Assembly: GCA_035507635.1 (NCBI GenBank)
Contig: DATJOA010000057.1
Span: 40,372-104,371, forward strand
DNA: 64,000 nt
Direction: 5' to 3'
From: Candidatus Acidiferrales bacterium
GTDB lineage: Bacteria; Acidobacteriota; Terriglobia; Terriglobales; Acidobacteriaceae
Part shown: positions 1 through 7,387 of the stretch, piece after piece
Layout of the letters: every line of letters begins with the position of its first letter
How positions within the stretch are numbered: position 1 is the first letter of the stretch
Translations under genes and position numbers: made by a program
Notes under the pieces: generated by a model
Told to the model about the DNA's origin: nothing
The model's database searches: none
What the model saw: only the letters and a program-made list of their open reading frames with translations

Positions 1-1
1 C

Positions 2-580
2 GCCCACCTGAAGCAAGACGATGCCGCCAAAACCCGCTTTCAGCAGTTCGTCGAAATGAAGAAAGAAGATTCACCCGAGCGCCAGCGAGCCCAGCTATTC
101 ATTACCGAGCCGGACCTGGCCCGCGCGCTGATGGCGCCCCCGTTCTCGATTACCACACTCGACGGACAGCACGTCTCGCTCGACGATCTTCAGGGAAAGG
201 TTGTCCTGATCGACTTCTGGGCTACCTGGTGTGGCCCCTGCCGCGAAGCCCTGCCTCACATGCGTGAAATCGCCAAAAAGTTTGCCGGACAGCCGCTGGT
301 CGTGGTGAGCATTAGCCTCGACACGGACGAGACCAAGTGGAAAGAATTTGTCGCCAAAAATGAAATGACATGGCTGCAGTATTGCGATCACGGATTCACC
401 GGATCGATCGCCCAATCTTTCGGCGTGAAGGCAATTCCTCACACCTTCACGATCGACGCCGATGGAATTCTGCAGGATGAGCACATCGGCGACGCTTCCA
501 TCGAAGGCAAGCTGAAAAAGCTGATCAAGCGCGCCCAGGAAAAACAGGCCGCGCAGAAACCATCGACAACCGGCGAGTAG
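2..580 (+). CDS. TlpA/ResA-like thioredoxin-fold thiol-disulfide oxidoreductase, 5' end probably outside window
   Basis: CxxC active site in WATWCGPC. The frame is open from nt 2. The first ATG (56) gives no signal peptide or membrane anchor, so the protein is probably truncated by the window edge. Confidence 0.8.
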   Translation, partial: AHLKQDDAAKTRFQQFVEMKKEDSPERQRAQLFITEPDLARALMAPPFSITTLDGQHVSLDDLQGKVVLIDFWATWCGPCREALPHMREIAKKFAGQPLVVVSISLDTDETKWKEFVAKNEMTWLQYCDHGFTGSIAQSFGVKAIPHTFTIDADGILQDEHIGDASIEGKLKKLIKRAQEKQAAQKPSTTGE

Positions 581-617
581 TTACAGCGCAGGTGATTGCG
601 AAATGTGGGTGCCCGAT

Positions 618-643
618 CCCAGCCGCGTCCTTTGCGGCTAGGG
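618..643. terminator. GC hairpin between convergent genes (possible bidirectional terminator)
   Basis: cccAGCCGC-gtccttt-GCGGCTaggg: a 6-bp perfect stem extendable with one bulge. It lies between the stop codons at 580 (+) and 651 (-). There is no clear U-tract. Confidence 0.35.
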
Positions 644-650
644 TGGGGAA

Positions 651-1787
651 TTACTTCTTCCCCGTCAGCTCCCGTATCAAATCCACCTCAGCCTGCCGGT
701 ACGGCCGACCATCCGAATGAAGCACCTCATGAAACCACACCGGCGGTTGCATCAGAATGTACGGATGCTGCCATGACTCCCACGGATAATATGTCTGCGT
801 TTTCCCCGCCACGAATCCCCAATTGATCGCCCCCACATGCTCCGCCTTCGCAATCGGCAGGATCGTGTCGAACGTGCTTCCCACTGACCGCGCCATGAAC
901 TCCGTGCAGATCACCGGACGATGGAATCTCCGCAGCCACTCCACCTCGTCTTTGAACGATTCCGGCCAGCTGTAGTTGTGAAACGTGATCACGTCCGACT
1001 CGCGCAACTGAATTTTCTCGAGCTCATCCTGAGCATCTTCGTCCTTTGACGTATCGACCTCATACACTCCGCTCGTCAGCGGCTGCGTCGGATGCACTTC
1101 GCGCGCCCACTCGAACGCCTGCGGCAGCAGCGCCGCCACCAGCGCAATCTTCTTGTCATTCTTCAACTCGGTCCGCGGATAATTCCCTGTCTGGTCCGAT
1201 CCCGGCTCGTTCCACACATCCCAGCCCAGAATGCGATCGTCTTTCGCAAACGCGCCCACCACGCCCTGCACATAGGCCTTCAGTCGTGGGACCTGCGCCG
1301 GATCTTCCAGCGCCTTCGCGCCGGGACTCTGCACCCATCCGGAGTTGTGCACGCCCGGAATCGGCGGATGCTGCGGTCCCAGCTTCGGCATCGGATCCCA
1401 GCACGAATCGAACAGCACAAACAGCGGCCGAATATGATGCCGCGCCGCAATCGTCAGAAACTGGTCGATACGCTTCTGGAATCCCGCCGGATCCTGCTGC
1501 CAGAGCAGGTCGTGCAGGAATACGCGCATCGTATTCATGCCCATCCCTTCCGCCCACCCTAGCTCTTTGTCGATTTCCGCCGGATCGAACGAAGCCTCCT
1601 GCCACATCTCCAGCTCGTTGATCGCATCCTTGGGAATGTAGTTGCTGCCGACCAGCCAAGGCTGCTTCGCATACCAGTCGTTGGCCTGCTGCTCCGACCA
1701 TCGCGGAGTCTGGGCCAGGAGCGGTTGGGCCGAAAAAGTTAAGACGAAAAGAAAAATGAGAAGGAGAAGATGCCTGAGAATTTTCAC
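651..1787 (-). CDS. secreted clan GH-A (GH5-like) glycoside hydrolase
   Basis: N-terminal signal peptide (LLLIFLFVLTFSAQPLLAQ). WDVWNEPG matches the acid/base NEP motif and VICTEF matches the nucleophile TE motif of GH5-type TIM-barrel hydrolases. Confidence 0.75.
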   Translation of the reverse strand: MKILRHLLLLIFLFVLTFSAQPLLAQTPRWSEQQANDWYAKQPWLVGSNYIPKDAINELEMWQEASFDPAEIDKELGWAEGMGMNTMRVFLHDLLWQQDPAGFQKRIDQFLTIAARHHIRPLFVLFDSCWDPMPKLGPQHPPIPGVHNSGWVQSPGAKALEDPAQVPRLKAYVQGVVGAFAKDDRILGWDVWNEPGSDQTGNYPRTELKNDKKIALVAALLPQAFEWAREVHPTQPLTSGVYEVDTSKDEDAQDELEKIQLRESDVITFHNYSWPESFKDEVEWLRRFHRPVICTEFMARSVGSTFDTILPIAKAEHVGAINWGFVAGKTQTYYPWESWQHPYILMQPPVWFHEVLHSDGRPYRQAEVDLIRELTGKK

Positions 1788-1828
1788 GATGGGAGTTTCT
1801 CACAACCGGAGCGTGTCGCAATAGCCTT

Positions 1829-2023
1829 TCATCGCTCATGACTATCGTCAGGCTCTGCACGTTCTGTGGATCGCAAGGGGTTCGGTCCGCGTGGAATTGG
1901 CGCGGTCACCGGCGCAGTGTCAGTCCCCGTGTCCAGCGGCATACAACACTTTTTGTACTTCTTCCCGCTGCCGCATGGACACGGCTTATTGCGATTTTCA
2001 AACTCGCTCGCCGGAATTCGCAT
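1829..2023 (-). CDS. small SEC-C motif (CPCGSGKKYKKCC) protein
   Basis: Zn-binding SEC-C motif at residues 15-27, followed by a Pro-rich acidic tail. The start lies 3 nt after the stop of the upstream ORF. Confidence 0.65.
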   Translation of the reverse strand: MRIPASEFENRNKPCPCGSGKKYKKCCMPLDTGTDTAPVTAPIPRGPNPLRSTERAEPDDSHER

Positions 2024-2026
2024 GAC

Positions 2027-2389
2027 CTACTCCACGCCCAAACTAGCCAGCGCCTCTTCCAGCAGCGCTTCATCAATCCGCAACCGGCGCCCGCTGGCCT
2101 TTACGTCTTCCAATTCATCGAACGCCCGGAATAACCGCATCTTCACCGCGGCATACTGCTCGGCGTCATTCAACGGACGCCCATGCACCTGACCCCATAC
2201 GCGCACCGGACCCTCCGGCAAAAACACGCTGACCGCATACGTCACCTTGCGGTCCGAAGTCACATCGAAAATAAACTCGGTCGCCGGGGCCTCGGGATCC
2301 TCTGCGAGCGCCGCCCTCTTCCCGACAAAATAATACTGATACACATACCCCTGCGCCCCGGTATACGTCTTCACCCGCCGTACCGTCAT
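2027..2389 (-). CDS. hypothetical protein (120 aa)
   Basis: ORF with genome-typical composition, tightly coupled to the SEC-C ORF. I recognise no motif. Confidence 0.55.
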   Translation of the reverse strand: MTVRRVKTYTGAQGYVYQYYFVGKRAALAEDPEAPATEFIFDVTSDRKVTYAVSVFLPEGPVRVWGQVHGRPLNDAEQYAAVKMRLFRAFDELEDVKASGRRLRIDEALLEEALASLGVE

Positions 2390-2448
2390 ACGGACATTAT
2401 GGAACGCGAAATACCGTTTTGTCGTGCCGAGATAAGAGGAAGCCCTGC

Positions 2449-2496
2449 GTCATGCTGAGCGGAGCCGCTTTTCAGGCGGAGCGAGGGATCTCGCGG
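2449..2496 (+). repeat. REP-like GC-rich intergenic repeat, copy 1
   Basis: GTCATGCTGAGCGGAGCCGCTTTTCAGGCGGAGCGAGGGATCTCGCGG. It shares the termini GTCATnCnGAGC ... GGAGCGAGGGATC with copies at 7064, 18111(rc) and 29238(rc). Confidence 0.6.
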
Positions 2497-2585
2497 TACT
2501 GATGGTGAGCGCCCCAAGACAAATTCTCCAAACAGGCATATCGTTTCATACGCCAGCTCACTTCATCCGGGAGATACATGTCCTC

Positions 2586-3932
2586 ATGCTGAATCGCAGA
2601 AATTTCCTGAAAGTTGCGGGCAGCGCCACTGCTGCCACAGCCCTCGGCTCCAGAATCTACGCCCTGTCGCCGCTCGAAGCTGCGCCCTTCACGCCGCTCG
2701 CCGCTAACGACCACATCCAAATCGCCCTGATCGGCGCCGGCGGACAAGGCCAGTACGACACAAAAACTGCCGTGCAGGTCCCCGGCGTGAAGCTCGTCGC
2801 CGTCGCCGACTGCTACGACGGCCGCCTCGCCCACAGCAAAGAAATCTGGGGCGACGACATCTTCACGACCCGCGACTACAAGGAAATTCTCTCGCGTCCC
2901 GACATCGACGCCGTCATCATCGGCACGCCCGACCACTGGCACAAGCAGGTTGCCGTCGACGCCATGAAGGCCGGCAAAGATGTCTACTGCGAGAAGCCGA
3001 TGATCCATGTCTACTCCGATGGCCCCGAGATGATCGAGGCCGCGCGCTCAACCAACCGCATCCTTCAGATTGGCAGCCAGCGCGTCAGTTCCATGATCTA
3101 CATCAAGGCGAAGGAACTGCTAGCATCCGGCGCCATCGGCCAGCTCAATATGGTCACCGCCCACTGGGACCGCAACTCCGCGATCGGAGCCTGGGACTAC
3201 ACGGTCCCGCTCGACGCATCGCCGGAAACCTGCGACTGGCCGCGCTTCCTCGGAACCGCTCCAAAGATCCCCTTCAACGCCGAGCATTTTTTCCAGTGGC
3301 GCAAATGGAAGGCCTACGGCAGCGGAGTCGCCGGGGATCTCTTCGTTCATCTATTCAGCGGAACGCACTTCATCACCGGCAGTCACGGCCCTACCCGCGC
3401 CATGGCCACTGGCGGCCTCCGCTTCTGGAAAGACGGCCGGGACGCCGACGACGTCCTGCTCGGCTTGTTCGATTACCCACAGGGATTCAATCTCAGCCTG
3501 CGAGTGAACTTCGTCGATGGCGGCGAAGAGAGCGAAGGCCTGATCTTCACCGGCTCCGAAGGCACCATGGAGATCTCCTACAACGCAGTCAGTGTGAGCC
3601 GCACGCCGCGAGAAAAAGAGCCGGGCTACACGATTGGAACTTTCACCACGGCGATGCAGAAGGAAATTCTTAAGGACTACCGCCAGAAATATCCGCCAGC
3701 ACATCCGGCAGGCCCGCCATCAGCGGGATTCGACAAGTATGTCGCGCCCGAGGGATACAGCGACAGCTACGATCACTTCCAGAATTTCTTCGCAGCCGTC
3801 CGCTCGCGCCAACCGGTCGTCGAAGACGCCGTCTTCGGATATCGCGCCGCCGGTGCCGCCTTGCTCAGCAACCTGAGCGTCGAGCGCGGCTCTGTCGTGA
3901 AGTGGGATCCCGATGCGATGAAGCTCGGGTGA
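2586..3932 (+). CDS. Tat-exported Gfo/Idh/MocA family oxidoreductase
   Basis: Twin-arginine signal MLNRRNFLKVAGSATAATALG at the internal ATG 2586 (the longest ORF starts at 2502). Rossmann motif IGAGGQG and the family motif CEKPM are present. Confidence 0.85.
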   Translation: MLNRRNFLKVAGSATAATALGSRIYALSPLEAAPFTPLAANDHIQIALIGAGGQGQYDTKTAVQVPGVKLVAVADCYDGRLAHSKEIWGDDIFTTRDYKEILSRPDIDAVIIGTPDHWHKQVAVDAMKAGKDVYCEKPMIHVYSDGPEMIEAARSTNRILQIGSQRVSSMIYIKAKELLASGAIGQLNMVTAHWDRNSAIGAWDYTVPLDASPETCDWPRFLGTAPKIPFNAEHFFQWRKWKAYGSGVAGDLFVHLFSGTHFITGSHGPTRAMATGGLRFWKDGRDADDVLLGLFDYPQGFNLSLRVNFVDGGEESEGLIFTGSEGTMEISYNAVSVSRTPREKEPGYTIGTFTTAMQKEILKDYRQKYPPAHPAGPPSAGFDKYVAPEGYSDSYDHFQNFFAAVRSRQPVVEDAVFGYRAAGAALLSNLSVERGSVVKWDPDAMKLG

Positions 3933-3947
3933 AAGTAGAAAAAGAAA

Positions 3948-4140
3948 AGCGGCAGCAGAAATAAATCTGGTAATTGAGTAATTTTGTAATTTGGTAACTG
4001 AAAAAAACCCGGCGGGCCCGAAGATTTTTCAAATTACCAAATTACCCGATTACAAAATTACCAAATCTACTCCGCTGCCGCTCTCCTCAAGCGTCCAAGC
4101 TTTTCAATTACTCAATTACAAAATTACCCAATGACTCAAT
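3948..4140. repeat. AT-rich imperfect palindrome built from 8-bp NNGTAATT units, plus a third unit block
   Basis: The arms at 3948-4005 and 4025-4082 begin with AGCGGCAGC / end with GCTGCCGCT. Each arm carries 4 octamers (TGGTAATT GAGTAATT TTGTAATT TGGTAACT versus the rc of AAATTACC AAATTACC CGATTACA AAATTACC). The central loop is GC-rich (cccggcgggcccg). Four more ATTAC-orientation units lie at 4100-4140. Confidence 0.8.
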
Positions 4141-4144
4141 CTCG

Positions 4145-6661
4145 TTACTGCAGCTTACACAGGCTGATCAGGTCATTCGCGATCTGTTGCGCGCCCGCGA
4201 GCGTATTTGCCAGTGAATGCTGACCTCCCGCCACGCAGGCCTGTGCCTTATTCGTCGTGATGTTGTTGAACCAATCCTGACCAATCGGAATCGCCGAACT
4301 GTTGTCTGCCCCGCCGAACACCAGGTTCACGTACGTCTTCGGCAAGTTGTAGTTCGCTCCCGGCGCTTCGACGCTGTCGCCAAGCAGGAAATTCAATCCT
4401 CCCGGGGGCAACGTTCCATTCACCGCGTTGCTGCAAACTGGGTTGGCGTTCGTCGGATCATATGCCGGATCCCACACCGGCGCGTCCGCTTTCCCGAAAC
4501 ATGTTCCAAGCGAACTACTCGATCCGCATTGCACTGGCAGCTTGCCTTCCAGGCATCCGCAGCCCCAGTCCAGGCGTCCCGTTGGCGGCCCACTGGTTAC
4601 TTCCGCCATCGACAGGATATTGCTCGTCGGATACTGCGACAGCGCATAAGCCAGCGCCCCGGCACCGCCACTGTTCGCTGTCGCGCAATATGGCAGGGCC
4701 GTATTATTTTGGATGTTGTTATAGATCCACTGCGTGACGGTCGCATAACGGCACGCCGACGCCATCACGCCACCCGGCCCAAGCGCCCACCCATCCGGCT
4801 GATTGTTGTTGAATGGAGTTCCCCACGAAATCTGCACGGTGGTGAAGCCTGCATTCAGCACGTTCTGCACGGCGGTGCTGCCATACGTGAAGATGCTGTC
4901 GTAGAGCCCGTTGCCGTCGGTGCCAGTGTTATAGGTCACCGTGCCCAGCGAACTCCCGCTCGGCGTATTGGTCTTGACATACGCCATCACGTCCGGAACT
5001 CCCGGACACGAAACTGTCATCTGCTGGCACGCGCCGTTCTTGATCGATCCCGAACACGAGATACTCGAGACGCCGCTGACCGTCCCCAGCGCGCGGGTCG
5101 CTCCGGTCGCGCACACCGGATTAACCGTGGTGTTCGACGTGATCGTCCCGCTGAAGTAAGTCGGAATGCACGATTGCGACGTGGGCTGGCTGGTCACGTA
5201 GACGATGTACGTCGCGCCGCTCGTGTACGTCTTGGTGAACGTCTGGGTGCCGTTGTTGTTGAACGTCAGCGTATCGCCTTGATCGTCCTGCATTGTGGCT
5301 GTGCCGGAAAGTCCGGTCACGTTCACACTCAGGGTGAGATTGTTTCCGGAATTCGCGCACGTCGCCGTCACCGTCACATTCGAAGTAATCGTTCCGCTGG
5401 CATTGCTGCTCAAAGTGCAGGTCTGGCCCGTCGGCTGCGTCTGCACCGTCACCGAATACGAAGAACCGCTCGCATACGTCGTCGCAAATGTCTGCGTCTT
5501 GTTGGTGGTGAAAGAGAGCGTGTCATTGTCGTTGTCCTGCACAACTAGCGTTCCGGTCAGTCCCGTCACGGCCACGCTGATCGTGTAATTCGAAACGCAG
5601 GTCGCCGTCACCGTCACGTTCGAAGTGATGGTCCCGCTTGAGTTGCTGCTGAGCGTGCAGGTCTGTCCCGTCGGCTGAGTCTGGATCGTCACCGAATAGC
5701 TCGAACCGCTGGCATACTGCGAAGCAAACGTCTGTGTATTGTTTGAGGTGAAAGTCAGCCCGTCGCCCTTACTGTCCTGAACAACCAGCGTCCCCGTAAG
5801 CCCGGTCACTGCGACGCTTATGTTGTAGTTCTGCGTGTTGGTCGTACATGTGGCCGTCACGGTGATGTTCGACGTAATCGTTCCGCTGGCGTTGCTGCTC
5901 AGCGTGCAGGTCTGGCCGCTCGGCTGCGTCTGGATGGTTACCGAATAGCTCGAACCGCTGGCGTACTGCGATGCAAATGTCTGTGTCGTGTTCGACGTGA
6001 ATGTCAGCCCGTCGCCCTTGCTATCCTGAACGACCAATGTGCCGGTAAGCCCCGTCACCGCGACGCTGATGTTGTAGTTCGCCGTGTTGCTGGTGCAGGT
6101 AGCCGTTACCGTAATGTTCGATGTGATCGTTCCCTTATAGTTACTGCTCAGCGTACAGGTCTGACCCGACGGCTGCGTCTTCACGCGCGTCTGATAGGTT
6201 GCTCCGCTGGCATATGCGGTCGGGAATGTCTGCGTGCCGTTCGTCGTGAAGTTTAACGTTTCAAGCTTGCTGTCCTGCATGACGAGAGTCCCGCCCGTCA
6301 GGCCTGTCACCGAGACACTGATGGTGTAATTCGCGGTTGAACTGCAGGTCGCCGTGATAGTCGTATTTGCGGTGATCGTACCGCTGGTGCTGCTCAAAGT
6401 GCAGGTCTGCCCGGTGGGCTGCGTGTTGATCCGCGCCTGCCATTTCGCTCCGCTCGCATAAGTATGTGCGAAGCTCTGGGTGGTGTTGGAGGTGAACGTC
6501 AACGTGTCGAGCTTGCTGTCTTCGACCACCAGCGTCCCGCCGGAGTTCAGCCCCGTTGCCGTCACGCTCAGCGTGTAACTTGTCGCCGCCGAGCCGCTGA
6601 TCGCATAACCGAAAAAGCACAAGGCGGCCACAACTTTCACCACCACATTGCACGACTTCAT
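4145..6661 (-). CDS. secreted repeat protein: six tandem ~82-aa Cys-pair repeats plus a C-terminal putative alpha/beta-hydrolase (esterase-like) domain
   Basis: Signal peptide VVAALCFFGYAISGSAA. Repeats follow the pattern NYxISVxVTGLTG..QDS..LTFT.N.TQTF...YASG..Y.V..QTQP.GQTCTLSS...GTITSN.TVTATC. The C-terminal ~320 aa contain a possible nucleophile elbow, ATANSGGAGALAY. Confidence 0.85.
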   Translation of the reverse strand: MKSCNVVVKVVAALCFFGYAISGSAATSYTLSVTATGLNSGGTLVVEDSKLDTLTFTSNTTQSFAHTYASGAKWQARINTQPTGQTCTLSSTSGTITANTTITATCSSTANYTISVSVTGLTGGTLVMQDSKLETLNFTTNGTQTFPTAYASGATYQTRVKTQPSGQTCTLSSNYKGTITSNITVTATCTSNTANYNISVAVTGLTGTLVVQDSKGDGLTFTSNTTQTFASQYASGSSYSVTIQTQPSGQTCTLSSNASGTITSNITVTATCTTNTQNYNISVAVTGLTGTLVVQDSKGDGLTFTSNNTQTFASQYASGSSYSVTIQTQPTGQTCTLSSNSSGTITSNVTVTATCVSNYTISVAVTGLTGTLVVQDNDNDTLSFTTNKTQTFATTYASGSSYSVTVQTQPTGQTCTLSSNASGTITSNVTVTATCANSGNNLTLSVNVTGLSGTATMQDDQGDTLTFNNNGTQTFTKTYTSGATYIVYVTSQPTSQSCIPTYFSGTITSNTTVNPVCATGATRALGTVSGVSSISCSGSIKNGACQQMTVSCPGVPDVMAYVKTNTPSGSSLGTVTYNTGTDGNGLYDSIFTYGSTAVQNVLNAGFTTVQISWGTPFNNNQPDGWALGPGGVMASACRYATVTQWIYNNIQNNTALPYCATANSGGAGALAYALSQYPTSNILSMAEVTSGPPTGRLDWGCGCLEGKLPVQCGSSSSLGTCFGKADAPVWDPAYDPTNANPVCSNAVNGTLPPGGLNFLLGDSVEAPGANYNLPKTYVNLVFGGADNSSAIPIGQDWFNNITTNKAQACVAGGQHSLANTLAGAQQIANDLISLCKLQ
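5102..6583 (-). repeat. six tandem ~240-250-bp coding repeats inside the 838-aa ORF
   Basis: Protein residues ~27-520. Repeats 3 and 4 are nearly identical at the protein level, but their DNA differs at many synonymous sites. Confidence 0.85.
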
Positions 6662-7063
6662 AGGAGCCCTCCAGCAGAACCCTTGGAATTCTTGTTTCGT
6701 CTATCCCCGATCAAACCGGCGGAGAATTCAAACAACGTTGCGTTATGGTAGGCACATCAAGGGAGGGAACGAGAGTGTAGTACAGCGAAGAGCAAGGGTC
6801 AAGGAGAGCTTAGTTTTCGCAGGAAATGGATCAGTGAGTGTGCAAGAACTTGCGAACTCGCCCAATGATTACATCTCGACTGGAGGGTAATCTCACAAAT
6901 AGTTGGGGGAGGGCCGGGCTTCCAGTCGCGCCGTCGACGATGCGAAGCGGCAGGCAATCCGGAGTGGAGAGACTCTGTGTTTCCCTCAGGGCGCGGCACG
7001 CGCTGGGACATTTCCACACTCCCGATGTGACATCTGACGTAGCCTTCCACAGCCCACGCCTGC

Positions 7064-7100
7064 GATCATTGCCGAGGCCCAGACGGGGCGAGGATACGCG
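7064..7100 (+). repeat. REP-like GC-rich intergenic repeat, copy 2
   Basis: GATCATTGCCGAGGCCCAGACGGGGCGAGGATACGCG. A related right-end fragment, CGGAGTGGAGAGACTC, lies at about 6958-6975. Confidence 0.45.
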
Positions 7101-7236
7101 CAATTCATTCCATTTTGGAACGAGCGCGCCCACGTGAAGCCCCGAAGTTCTTTGAAATCAGGATTTTGCCCCTAAGTTCTTGATTCTGGATATTTTATTT
7201 TCAATTTTCCGCTAACCCGATGATTCCAGAGATCGA

Positions 7237-7281
7237 GGGGGGGAGGGGGGTATACCCCTAAGCGTCCGGCGATTTTTTTTT
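7237..7281. other. homopolymer cluster: G7-A-G6, 12-bp perfect palindrome GGGGTATACCCC (7247-7258), T9 (7273-7281)
   Basis: Read directly from gatcgagggggggaggggggtatacccctaagcgtccggcgattttttttt. It lies about 105-150 nt upstream of the PAS-GGDEF-EAL start. Confidence 0.9.
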
Positions 7282-7387
7282 GGGCGGGACTTTGGATGGG
7301 CACCTTTATCCAAATTTCTTCGCTGAATTTTCGTCGCATCAATTTCGCGCACCGTTCTGCCGATAGCTCTCCTCAGGAGTGCTGTCG

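Noticed and set aside
5102-6583. Regular ~250-bp tandem repeats that could superficially suggest a CRISPR-like or satellite array.
   Set aside because: The repeats are in frame within one long ORF and encode a conserved protein module. There is no short-repeat/unique-spacer architecture and there are no cas genes.
6838-7137. ORFs of 80-100 aa in several frames within the 0.7-kb gap (6648-6890, 6799-7050, 6831-7133, 6838-7137).
   Set aside because: They overlap one another, are Arg-rich, have no RBS or recognisable motif, and contain REP-like repeat fragments. They are more likely non-coding.
7237-7250. Possible G-quadruplex in the G7AG6 tract.
   Set aside because: Only two G-runs are present, separated by a single A. 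A canonical four-run intramolecular G4 cannot be formed without zero-length loops. It is kept only as a homopolymer/slippage candidate.
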